Shown piece by piece: positions 1 to 10,501 of a stretch of 64,000 nt of DNA. The DNA is taken from NCBI GenBank assembly GCA_963847445.1, contig CAWJZV010000023.1, forward strand, positions 1-64,000. Reading direction: 5' to 3'. A model generated the notes under the pieces. It saw nothing but the letters and a program-made list of their open reading frames with translations. It ran no database searches and was not told where the DNA came from. How positions within the stretch are numbered: position 1 is the first letter of the stretch; every line of letters starts with the position of its first letter. Origin of the DNA: an uncultured delta proteobacterium. GTDB taxonomy: Bacteria; Desulfobacterota; Binatia; UBA9968. A program made the position numbers and the translations under genes.

Positions 1-1069
1 AGCGCGATGCCATCTGCCGCGGGTTCGCCAGCGGCTGCCACTTCCCATTCCGCTTCCGTGGGCAGGCGCCGGCCGGCCCAATGGCAGAAGGCTTCAGCTT
101 CGAACCAACTCACATGCACCACCGGCAGGTTTTCGTTCAACGGGACATAGCGGTCGTAGACGCGCTGCTGCCAGCGGCCGTTATCGAGCGGTTGCCAGTA
201 AACTGGATGATCGAGTTTTTCCTTGTAGGCGGCAATTTCCATCGGCTCAGTGACGTTCTTGTTGAAGAACTTGGCAAAGGATTTTTCCAATTGCGGCGCG
301 CCGCCTGATTCGAGCCATTGCCAACCTTCGTCGCTCCAGTGCTGGCGCTCACGATAACCGCCTGCTTCGACGAATTGCAAAAACTCACCGTTGGTCACCG
401 GTGCGCGGGCGATACGGAACGGTTTCACGTCAGCCTCGTGCGCCCACTTCTCGTTGTCGAAAATAAACGGCATGTCTCTGGTCGCGCCGATGGTGAACTT
501 GCCGCCGGGAATCTCGACATCGCCGGGACAAGCGCGCGGATTCTAGTCTCGCCCACAGCAGACGGTTGAAGAAACGACGGAGGCGGATAGCCGAGAGTCT
601 GGCGCGTGTAGGCGAGCGCCTCGTTATGCATGGCTTCGTGAAATGTCGTCAGCCAGTAAAAATAGAATTCTTCCGGTGAAAGTTCGGCCTTGCCATCGAT
701 GCGTGAAACGCAGCGCTCGATCACTTCGTTAACATAGGCCAAAGTGTTTTCCCGGCTTGGCAGCAGTAATTCCCAACGGGTGTCGTGGGCAACTTCGGTG
801 GAATTGTAGAGCCGGTCGCCGTCCGGCAGGAGCGGTTTTTCACCGCCCAGGTGTCGTCGCGCCCAAAATTCCTGAGTCCAGGCGACATGGCCGATTTCCC
901 AAAGCGGCGGATTGACGATCGCCAGGCGCGGGCCGATCATCTGTTGGTCGTCGAGATCGGCCACGAGACCCAGCAGGCGCGCGCGGAACTCGCGCATGGT
1001 GGCGACTAGTTCGTTGACGCTCATGGTGGCTATTGGTCCGGCTGCTGGGCTTGGACTCATCTTCGGCAT
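1..1069 (-). CDS. senA: SenA-like selenoneine synthase / EgtB-family non-heme Fe sulfoxide synthase (DinB + FGE domains); frameshift near 540, runs off left edge
   Basis: NPPLWEIGHVAWTQEFW, VAHDTRWELLLP and H-x3-H-x-E (HEAMHNE) motifs; after the frameshift the alternative frame reads FIFDNEKWAH...PVTNGEF...[25 protein letters not shown] (FGE-sulfatase fold). Confidence 0.8.
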
Positions 1070-1155
1070 TGGTAGCGAAAAATTCTTGACCGATTCAATT
1101 AAGCAAGTTTACAACGGGGAATTTCTTGTATTGATCTAACGCATATCTCCGCGCA

Positions 1156-2296
1156 TCACAAACCTGCAACCAATTGAGCGATGGCCTTGGTCCACGGCGC
1201 TAATTCTTTCGCCCAGCGCCGACCGCGATTTCGTTCAACGTAGGCGCACGCGGCCTGCAGTCGGCGCGTGTCGGCTGTTGTCAGTGGCAGCGGGCGTTTC
1301 TCCTTTTTGGCGACGATGCTCGCTTCAGCAAACCTCCTGAGCGCACGCCAATCGGGTATCGCCTTGGCGCCGAAGCGCTGACGAACGATCTTCGTCCAGG
1401 ACGATTCCGCGCGGTATTTGGCCGGCGCCCGCGCATAGTCGAAGCAAGTCGCCAATGGAACGAAGCTCAACTGTTCTTGGAGCAATGGATTGTTAAGATA
1501 GCCATAAACAGCTTCGGGCAAGCGCAGATCGCGTCCGGTAAGCGGCCCGATATGCAGTTCGTCGCTCATGGACAGGTCGTTTACCGGATAATTGTCCCAC
1601 AGGAGCAGGGGTCGCTTAATCTTCTTGGCGATGCGCCGTACGTGGGCGAGCGTGATGCTTTTTGAAACCACTGACGGCCCGGTCCAAAAGCAGGGGATGT
1701 TTGGCGGTAGATCTTGCGCCAAGGTTTCTAGAAAATGCGGTTCAAATTTGCCGAAGACCCTTTCGAGCAGGGCATCTTCGCTGTAATAGCTCGGACAAAT
1801 CCACCACTCGACAGCGCTCCAACTCGCCGGCTGGGCGGCGATGATGGTTGCCATCCAGGTTCCTTCGGCGCGCGCCAGACTGTTCTTGAATGCGCGGCGG
1901 TCGCGCGGGTCGCTCAAGCGCGACGGTATATCGTCGAACAGGACTGTGAAGGTGCGCACGCCGGCATCGTAGAAGCGCTGCGCTTTGCGGAGAAGAACGC
2001 GAACGGCGCGATCGTCGCCAAAGTACAAACCCTCGCCGGGATGAAAACCGTAGACGAAGTCAATTTGAGTTCTTTGCGCAGCTCCAATCAACCGCAGTAG
2101 CTCGCGCCATTGCGCATCGGGGTAGGGCCGTCGCCAAAACTTTCGATGATACGGATCGTCTTTTGGGGCATAGAGATAAGTATTCATCCCCCGCGCCGCG
2201 CCGAATGCGAACATTCGCTGCCGATGCGCCATCGACCATAGTGGACCGAAGAAGCCTTCGGACGATGCCGCGGCGGGGGAAGTCGGCGGGCTTCAT
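1156..2296 (-). CDS. GH84 beta-N-acetylglucosaminidase (O-GlcNAcase/NAGidase catalytic domain), no signal peptide; frameshift near 2260
   Basis: Removing one C gives MKPADFPRRGIVEGFFGPLWS; YLYAPKDDPYHR, catalytic LFDDI, FWTGP and LWDNYPVND are GH84 signatures. Confidence 0.88.
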
Positions 2297-2459
2297 GCCG
2301 CGCTAATTTTGCCCAGCAAACGCTGGAGGAACATGATTGCGGCTGTTCATCGGCGTGGGGCGAGGAATGATTTAGCGATTTGGTCTGAGACTAGGGAGAC
2401 CTGCTGTCGAAGAGTCAGGTGAGTAGAAACGACCACGCGCGGTTCTCCCAAGCTTCTCC

Positions 2460-3317
2460 CTAGCTTTTTAAAAACGGTACGCCCAAGCGCATCAGGTCGT
2501 CGAAAGCATCCCAATGCACCATGTGCTTGCAGCCATTGACAATGTGGAGGTTGAGCTGTGGTTGCTGTTTTTTCAGCAATTCGGCGCGTTCACCGGCGTG
2601 GGCGCGATCTTCGCGGCCAAACATCATCAATAGCGGCATCTTTAGGTCGGCGAGTCTCTCCCATAACGGTTTGGCCGGCGCCGATGCCCCGGCAGGAGCC
2701 GCGGGGGCGTCGTGACTCTGGCGGTCCTGGTGTGCTTTGAAATTGCGGCCGATCATGCTGCGGTGGCGTAGGGCGACGTCTTCATCGGAGATCAGCGAAT
2801 GGTTGAAGGTGTCCGCCTGCAGGAGTTTGCGGGCGTCCTCCAGCGTCGGTTCCTTTTCCGCCATCTCCTTGTCGACCCGCGCCTGTACTGCTTCGTACCT
2901 GCCGACCTGCGCTTCGGTCTGCAGCGGCAGTAGTGAGCCGGTGCCAAGAATGACCACGTGCGAGTAGCGGCTGGGGTCTTCCAATGCCAGCTGAATCGCG
3001 AAGCCGCCCGAGCGTGAGTGCGCCATCAGCGCGGTCTTGCCCAGGCCCGCGGCATCGATGAATTTCGGGATGGAATTACGTTGCTGGGCCGTGCTTTGCT
3101 TGGCGGGAATGTCGGAGAGGCCAAAACCTGGATAGTCGAAAGCGACGGTGCGAAATCCGGATTTGGCAAAAGGGCCGAGATTGCGCAGAAACACATCCGC
3201 CGAACTCCCGAGCGATGCGCCGTGCAGAAACAGCACAGAGGGTCCCGAGCCTTCTTCGATATAACGAAGCTTCAATCCATCGACGCTGACGAATTTGTCT
3301 TCCGGTTTGGCTGTCAT
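2460..3317 (-). CDS. alpha/beta-fold hydrolase
   Basis: VLFLHG, D-x-PGFGLS, nucleophile elbow AHSRSGG, C-terminal HMVHWD. Confidence 0.88.
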   Translation of the reverse strand: MTAKPEDKFVSVDGLKLRYIEEGSGPSVLFLHGASLGSSADVFLRNLGPFAKSGFRTVAFDYPGFGLSDIPAKQSTAQQRNSIPKFIDAAGLGKTALMAHSRSGGFAIQLALEDPSRYSHVVILGTGSLLPLQTEAQVGRYEAVQARVDKEMAEKEPTLEDARKLLQADTFNHSLISDEDVALRHRSMIGRNFKAHQDRQSHDAPAAPAGASAPAKPLWERLADLKMPLLMMFGREDRAHAGERAELLKKQQPQLNLHIVNGCKHMVHWDAFDDLMRLGVPFLKS

Positions 3318-3797
3318 GTCATAATCTCCCTATTAACTTAGAATATAATTCTAATCTGCCTGTGCGTGGCCATAGGCCGAGTGTATTTGCTCCATGGCCA
3401 CCTCGTTCAAGTTTAGGAAATCTCTACAGGAAACACCCTCAAGGTGTCAATCGCAAGAATGATTCGTCACAATCGCGGGTTTGCTTCTGTTGGGATCAGT
3501 ACTTATCCCTTGCGCCGATTTCGAACAGCTGCCGCTGATGGGCTGTCTATCAGAGGGGATCGAAGAAACTTTCGGCGATGCTGTGGTGCTTAAATGTTTT
3601 GGCCTCGATAATGACGGGTTAATCTTCCATAGCTTCGCTAACGGAACAAGTTTGGCGTAGCCTGAGATGGCCAATACAGTCGAGTCGATTGCGTTGGAAG
3701 AGAGGGGTAGGGGGAGGCTTAGGTGGTTCTTGGTATGAAGTCGACAGGATTTACTCTAAGCAACAGCGTTAACTGCCGAGTTGACGTCGAGTCGTGA

Positions 3798-4334
3798 TTA
3801 TTTTTGCCGCGTGCCCCGCCGCCGTTTTTCGATTTCAATATCAACCTGCCGTGATTTTTCGATGGTGTATTTGAGCTTGTCTTTTTCCTGCAACAAAGCC
3901 TCCCGTTCCTTATTAAGGCTTCGCTTCTCGTCGGCGATTTTTTGATGTTCCTCAAGGACCGTAATCCAAGTCTTGGCGGAATCTACCATCGGACTCTGAG
4001 GGTGTTCTTTGACGAGAGTGCGAAACGACGAAAGGGCGCGAGGATAGTTTTTTTTCGGATTGGTCGGATGGGCCGAAATCATTCCCATATTGAAAAGCGC
4101 TGTGTCGGGAGAGCCCCTGCCGTCGTGAATAATTTTTTGGTTCTCAAGGATAGCGGCTTCGTACTGCCCCTGAGAGAATAGCGCCTTGCTTTGCTCGAAG
4201 GGGTCGGTCCGATGTTCCACCATGGGAACCGGCGGCGGCACTGGCCGGTCGTTGATGGACGAGCATCCGGACAGGCAGACTCCCAAAAACAGCGTTCTCC
4301 ACCACAATGCACTGCTTGACACCCGCGACTTCAT
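3798..4334 (-). CDS. TPR/coiled-coil lipoprotein, QseG/YfhG-like
   Basis: Lipobox LSGC, TPR-like ALFNMG...ALSSFRTLVKEHPQS, coiled-coil tail; ATGA overlap with the upstream gene. Confidence 0.7.
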   Translation of the reverse strand: MKSRVSSSALWWRTLFLGVCLSGCSSINDRPVPPPVPMVEHRTDPFEQSKALFSQGQYEAAILENQKIIHDGRGSPDTALFNMGMISAHPTNPKKNYPRALSSFRTLVKEHPQSPMVDSAKTWITVLEEHQKIADEKRSLNKEREALLQEKDKLKYTIEKSRQVDIEIEKRRRGTRQK

Positions 4335-5050
4335 TTCGTGGCACCGTGACCTTTCCGCCAAAGCTGAAAACGCAAGAATTTCTTTATCCCGGCCCGGCCC
4401 ACGCCCCACGACCGTCCGCCTTCTTGGGATATATTGGCGCCGAGATAGCAGGCAAAAAATATCCCCATCACGACCAATACCAAAGTGGCCGCTAGAGTGA
4501 TCTTTTGGCTTTTCATTGCCGCGTGTTCAATGTATTCGATTCTTTCCTGCAGGCTTTTCTGGACATCGCTCTTAAACGCCTCATGTTCCCTCAGCAAATA
4601 ATCGACGAGGCGTTCCTTTTCTTCGCGATAGCGCGTTTCCGCATAGGGCTGCTTGGTCTTGATGTAAACGACTTCTTTCTCGAACAATTGACGATATTGG
4701 GTATGGTACTCCTCAGCGCGGGTAAGGCGCTGCACCGTGCCGCTTGCGCCGGCGAGTGGTTTTAATTGAGCGATGTACCGGTCGAAGTCGGATCTGAACT
4801 GGAGATATTGCTCATGATGCTGGGCGGCATGGGTGACGTTGAACTGGCCCGCGTATCTGACCTCGGAAAGGAAAGCATCGGCAAGTTTTTCCGAGTAGTC
4901 GATCATACGCTGGTCAACCTTGAGCGCAATGTTCGCCGCATTGCTGAGCTTTCCCAGCTGAATTATCGAATAACCCGACACCGCGACCATCAGGATCAAC
5001 ATCGATGAATAGCCAATAATAAAACGGTGGAGCGTGGATCGCGTAATCAA
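4331..5050 (-). CDS. Two-TM protein with periplasmic four-helix-bundle sensor domain and no kinase domain
   Basis: TM at N-terminus, helical periplasmic region, second TM (ITLAATLVLVVMGIFFACYL), short cytoplasmic tail. Confidence 0.65.
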   Translation of the reverse strand: MITRSTLHRFIIGYSSMLILMVAVSGYSIIQLGKLSNAANIALKVDQRMIDYSEKLADAFLSEVRYAGQFNVTHAAQHHEQYLQFRSDFDRYIAQLKPLAGASGTVQRLTRAEEYHTQYRQLFEKEVVYIKTKQPYAETRYREEKERLVDYLLREHEAFKSDVQKSLQERIEYIEHAAMKSQKITLAATLVLVVMGIFFACYLGANISQEGGRSWGVGRAGIKKFLRFQLWRKGHGATK

Positions 5051-7462
5051 AGGTCAACCTCCATGGATGGGCGCGGAGTAACGACAGCGATGGATGAAGT
5101 GCCGGCGAGACGATCCTCTTCGAGAAAGCCCATCGACGAACTAATGGGGAGGCGTACGGTGAACGTCGTCCTCTTCTCCTAGCTTGCTGTAAACGTTCAC
5201 CGAACCGCCCATCAGTGCGACGAAACTCTTGACCAGGTAAAGCCCGAGTCCGGCGCCGGAATAATCGCGCGTGGTGGCGCTGTCGATCTGATTGAATTTG
5301 TCGAAGATGTGCGGCAAAAACTCCTCGGCCATGCCAATGCCCGTGTCCGATACGGAGAATTCGATAAACGGCTCGTCGGGCACAGAGCGAAATAATATAT
5401 CCACCGAACCTTGATCGGTGAATTTGATCGCGTTGTTTACCAGGTTGATCGCCACTTGGCGAAGCTTCATGCGATCGGTTACGAGGTTTGGCAGATCGGC
5501 CGCTATCTGCCAGTTTATCGCCAAATTTTTTTCTATGGATGCCATGATATAGTCGGATTCGAGCTCGCGTACGAGTTCGTTAAGATTGATGGGTTCCGGG
5601 TTGACGGCCATAGCGCCGGATTCAATCTTGGTTATTTCCAGAATGCTGTTGATCAGCGACAGCAGATGGCTGGCCTGCACGCGAATTTTTTCCGTGCCTT
5701 TGCCATGTTCCGGGGTGATGTCGCCGAATACGCCCATGTTCAGCGCTTCGGAGCAGTTCATGATGATATTGAGCGGCGTCCGCAGTTCATGGGAAATGAC
5801 TCCAAGAAATTCGTCTTTAATCCGATTCGACTTCTCCAGCTCCACCGCTTGATTTCTGGTCTGTTCAAACAAGTGTGAATTATAAAGTGCGATGGCAGCC
5901 TGGTGCGTGAGGTCCGCTAAAAAGGTTTCTTCTATCCGTAAGTCGATTGTTGCCGTGGAGTAACAGGACAGGACGCCCAATACTTCGCCTTTGACAACCA
6001 TCGGTAGACCCAGGTAAGTGACCAAGCCCGCGGCGCGCAAGGATTCGGGATCGGAAGCGCGGGGATCCTTTTGAGCATTTGATATCAGCAAGGGAGATTT
6101 GAGTTTGAAGACCTCCAAAGGAAAGCCGCTTTCGCTCTCCGCGCCAGCTAACTGGCCCACGTGGTCGATTCGCGGTGACTGTGCGATAGGCTCGAGCCTG
6201 CCGCTTTGCTGATCCAGCCAGCGGATTGATACACAGGAAGAGGGAAACAGCGGGGCGACTCCCTCCGAGAGAGCAGTCAAAACATTGCCGACGTCGAGAC
6301 TGGAGGTCATCGCTGTGCTGATTTCGTGGATGGCGCTCTGACGTAGGTGTTGCTTTTGAATCTCAGTCTCAGCCACTTTGGCGTCGGCGGCGCGTTGCTC
6401 TAAGGTTTTAGCTAAATCGTCGAATGTCCGCGCCAGATGGCCGAGCTCGCTCGCGCCATAGGGTAGGCCAGTCCGCGCCTTCAAGTTACCACCGGCCAAT
6501 TCCTTAGTTGCACCCACCAGATCGGACACACGGCGCAGCACGAAGAGATCCGCGCCGAACCAGGCTGCGATCAAAGTCAACGCCGTCAGGACGCTAAGAA
6601 TGATTAGGTTTTCCCGAAGTATGTGTTCGGATTCGGCAAACGCTGCCCGCGCCGGTATGTCGATGCCGGCATACACAACCCTTCCGCCGATCCGGTGGTC
6701 TAACTGCCGGTAGGTGAAGAGCTGCGCAATTCGGTCGACGCCTGTGGACTCTATATTGCCCTCGACACCTCGAATCAATTTGGTTTTGCCGGCACTGTCC
6801 GTGTGAACTCGCTTGCCAACTGGCGCGGCTTCGTCGGGGTAGCTGAGAAATGTCTTGCCATTGTCATCGAAAAGCGTAAATGAGGCCCCGGACGGAAGAT
6901 GATTCTTTGCCGTGATTCTGACGATCCAGGAATAGTCTAAGACTACGAAAGCGATGGCGCGCAGACTACCGGTTGATTCGCCGATGGGGAATCCCAGCTC
7001 GACGACCGTCTTGCCGTTGGATGCATCGCGTTGAATCTCACCCACAGCGATATCCCGAGATTCGACAACCCGGCCAACGTAGGAGTTCTTCAGGCGTCGG
7101 CTTTGGAAGATTTGTGACCCTAAAGCATTGCACAACAGATTTCCCTTGGCATCGACTACGCCGAGATCGACGTAAAGCGGCTCCAGGAGGCCGGCGAGGA
7201 TCTTTGCGCATGCAGCGGCATTGCCCTCGCGGAGTTGTGGTAGTCGCGCCAGAGTAATTAGGAGTTGGTGCGCGTTGTCAAAAATTCGGCGCTGTTCGGT
7301 GGCGATGACACGCGCCGATCCGAGCGCGCTTTTCTGTACCTGGTCGGCAATTGAGGCACGGTGTCGTTGATCGGTAAATAAAATGACCCCAAAAGCGGGG
7401 AGAACCGCGAGCAGAACAAAGGCGATCAGGCGAGCCCGAAGGCTTGAGGCGAACCGAATCAT
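5047..7462 (-). CDS. Sensor histidine kinase (Cache-HAMP-GAF-HisKA-HATPase); frameshift near 5172
   Basis: SHELRTPL H-box, NLVNNAIKFT N-box, DTGIG, GAGLGL; corrected end TTFTVRLP...EVDL* abuts the next start. Confidence 0.9.
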
Positions 7463-8046
7463 GTCCCGTCCGTTTTTAAGAATCTCGCTGTAACTTTCTG
7501 TCGGTATTTCGACGGATTGGTCAAGCAAATGCTGCACCAGACCATTCGGCAGCGCTCAAGCAAGATTCTGAACATCTAAAGAACTTCTGGGAAGGGTTGT
7601 CACAGGAGGGCAATGTCAAGAAGCTGCAAGTGTATCGTTGGATGATCAAAACCGCACACCAGCGGAGTACGCGGGAGGTACCGAAAGATTTGCCATGTTG
7701 CGTGGGCACGACGGGCCATCAATCGGGTCGACTCGATTGATCTTGCGGCGCAGGGACAGACAAGCGATGGAACTCAAGCCGCCCAAGGACATTTGGTTAC
7801 GATGCCACTTTCTGTGCCTGTCGCCGGGCGCGTCGCTACGGCCAAGGTCCACGACAATTCCATGATATTTCTTTGAATAGCGGTTGGACGGAGCCGCTAA
7901 AGATCTTGCAGGCAACGGTTTCTTTTCTCAATGTCGATCGGTCGCAACCCGTGAGCGTATTCGCTGACGAAGTGGTGTCGCGCCAATCGTTTACTTGCCA
8001 AGACCAATGGCTTTGCGTAGGATCACGGCGAGAGTTTACTACCGCG

Positions 8047-8854
8047 ATGAAGCCGCGATTCATAATGCTTTTTGTTCCAGCCATAGTTACTGTTTTGGCG
8101 ACTGTCGTGGCAGTGTTCGCTCAGTCCAGAGAGAGCAGCGAGCTGATCCGCATTCCTGCCGGGTCGTTCCCAATGGGCAGCAATGACGGCCCGGAAGACG
8201 AACGGCCGCAGCATCGCGTCGACGTGGCGGAATTTTTCATCGATCGCACCAAGGTGACGAATTCCCAGTTCGGCTTATTCTTGAACGCCATTGGACCGGT
8301 CGGTCCGCAGGGAGAAAAATTATTTCGACATCGACGACAACGACGCGCGGGTGCATCGGCGTGATGGTAAGTGGTCGGCGGATGCGGGTTTCGAGAATAA
8401 TCCGGTGGTCGAGGCATCTTGGTACGGTGCCGTTGCCTATTGCCGATGGACTGGGAAGCGCTTGCCGACGGAAGCGGAGTGGGAGAAAGCCGCGCGCGGC
8501 ACCGATGCCAGAAAGTATCCGTGGGGAAATGAACCTCCTGATCGCTCGCTCGCGCACTTCGGAGGCGGTTGGAACGATCTCAAGCCGGTCGGCAGCTTTC
8601 CCAAGGGGGCGAGTCCTTACGGTCTTCTCGATGCGGCGGGTAACGGTTGGGAGTGGGTGAGCAGTGGCTATCTGCCCTATCCCTACGATTCAAAAGACGG
8701 TAGGGAAGACTTGAGCAAGGATCTGGTGCGCGGCACTCGCGGCGGCGGCCATGACGTTGGCGCCGACGAATTGACCACGACCCACCGCGGTCGTCATGTG
8801 TCGCGTAATCCGCGCGGCGGTCATCACAATATTGGCTTTCGCTGTGCGCGCTAA
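8047..8854 (+). CDS. Secreted FGE/SUMF1-sulfatase domain protein; frameshift near 8320
   Basis: Signal peptide, [41 protein letters not shown]. Confidence 0.88.
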
Positions 8855-8879
8855 CGCGCGCGGAGCGCGAAGATATTTA

Positions 8880-9524
8880 ATGCCAATCTCTTACGTCATC
8901 CAAGGAATTCTCATCGGTTTAGCGGTCGCCGTGCCGGTGGGGCCGCTCGGTTTACTCTGCATCAATCGCTCGCTGATGCTCGGTGCTCTCGCTGGCCTCG
9001 CCTCCGGGTTGGGTGTCGCCAGTGCGGATGCGCTTGTCGCCGGCATCGCCGCGCTGGGGATTTCATTGGTTTCTGATTTTCTTATTGAACAGCAGTTTTT
9101 GCTGCGTTTGATCGGCGGCATCTTTCTGTGCGTGCTCGGGTATCGGATTTACCGTATCGAACCGGCGGTGAAAGTCCCGACGATTTCTACCAATGGGTTG
9201 CTCGGCGCCTACGCGACGACATTTTTTCTGACCGTTTCAAATCCGGTGACGATTCTATCGTTTATCGCGATCTATGCGGGTTGGCATGTGCCAAGTCTGC
9301 GTGGCCACTACCCGGCGGCGGCGCTGTTGATGGCCGGGGTCTTCATTGGCTCGGCGCTGTGGTGGGTAGCATTGTTCGCTGGGCTGACTTTGTTCCGGCT
9401 CAATATCAGTAATGGATTTTTGGCGATGGTTCATCGGGTCACCGGCATCGTGATCGTCGGTTTCGGAGTTGCTGTGCTGCTAAGTCTGTCGCCTTTGAAG
9501 CACGCCGTGAATTTTACCTTCTGA
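8880..9524 (+). CDS. LysE/RhtB family translocator
   Basis: AVPVGP...CINRSL, GLGVASAD, LTVSNPVTILSF; about 6 TM segments. Confidence 0.88.
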   Translation: MPISYVIQGILIGLAVAVPVGPLGLLCINRSLMLGALAGLASGLGVASADALVAGIAALGISLVSDFLIEQQFLLRLIGGIFLCVLGYRIYRIEPAVKVPTISTNGLLGAYATTFFLTVSNPVTILSFIAIYAGWHVPSLRGHYPAAALLMAGVFIGSALWWVALFAGLTLFRLNISNGFLAMVHRVTGIVIVGFGVAVLLSLSPLKHAVNFTF

Positions 9525-9526
9525 CT

Positions 9527-10501
9527 ATGGTTCGCCAGGCTGAAACCACCGTGCAACGCGGCACTGGAGGGCCGGATGCGATCAACTGCGGTCTCGCGCT
9601 CTTTTACCTCGGCGTTAATCTCTTGGAGTTTTTCCTATTGCCATTATTGCTGTTGCCCCGTGACCCGCGATGGGCTTGGCTGCTCTTGCCGCTGGCGCTT
9701 TTGACCAATCCATTCTGGAGCCTGCTTCACGAAGCGATTCACGACCTGCTGCATTCGACTAAATCGGTGAACCTGGTCATCGGGCGAATGCTGGCGATCA
9801 TGTTCGGCTCGCCGTTTCGCATCCTACGGTTGAGTCATTTGCTGCACCACAAGCTCAACCGCATGTCTGTTGAAGGCACGGAGTACTACGATCGGGACAA
9901 GGGCAGCAAGTCTGGTGCGGCGCCGGGATATTATTTTCAGATTCTTATCGGCCTGTACTTGGTCGAAGTCATCAGCCCGCTTTATTTTTTCTTGCCGCGG
10001 CGTTGGCTCGAGCGATGCCGCCAGCGCTATCTGCCGGCGCAAAGCCTCAGCAGTATTTTAATGCAGAGCTGGCTGGGTGCCGAATCGCTGCGCGAGATTC
10101 GCCGCGACGGGGCGTTGACGATGGGATGGTTGGCCTTGGCATTTTACTCATACGGTCCGCACTGGCCGTTGCTGCTTGGTGCGTTGGCGGCGCGCGCCTT
10201 GTTAATCTCGTTTCTCGACAATGTTTATCACTACGAGACCCCGGTGAGCGATGTGTTTTTTGCCAAGAATTTGAGCCTGCCCGGACCATTAGCGGGTTTG
10301 TTGTTAAATTTTAATTTGCACGGCATTCATCATATCAACCCGGCGATCTCGTGGATCGATTTGCCCAAGGCGTTCGACGCTCAGGCGGGCAAGTACCATG
10401 GCGGCTATTTCGCCACGGCACTGCGCCAACTGCGCGGTCCCATCGCCCTTCAGGATCTCCCCCAGGGGGCGCCGGTACTGCGTGTGCGGCCTTATCTCTG
10501 A
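9527..10501 (+). CDS. Membrane fatty-acid desaturase family di-iron protein
   Basis: Three His boxes HEAIH, HLLHH and HGIHH with TM segments. Confidence 0.85.
   Translation: MVRQAETTVQRGTGGPDAINCGLALFYLGVNLLEFFLLPLLLLPRDPRWAWLLLPLALLTNPFWSLLHEAIHDLLHSTKSVNLVIGRMLAIMFGSPFRILRLSHLLHHKLNRMSVEGTEYYDRDKGSKSGAAPGYYFQILIGLYLVEVISPLYFFLPRRWLERCRQRYLPAQSLSSILMQSWLGAESLREIRRDGALTMGWLALAFYSYGPHWPLLLGALAARALLISFLDNVYHYETPVSDVFFAKNLSLPGPLAGLLLNFNLHGIHHINPAISWIDLPKAFDAQAGKYHGGYFATALRQLRGPIALQDLPQGAPVLRVRPYL

Noticed and set aside
3447-3674. 75-aa ORF in the gap between the hydrolase and the lipoprotein
   Set aside because: No recognisable motif and atypical codon usage; cannot be supported as a gene.
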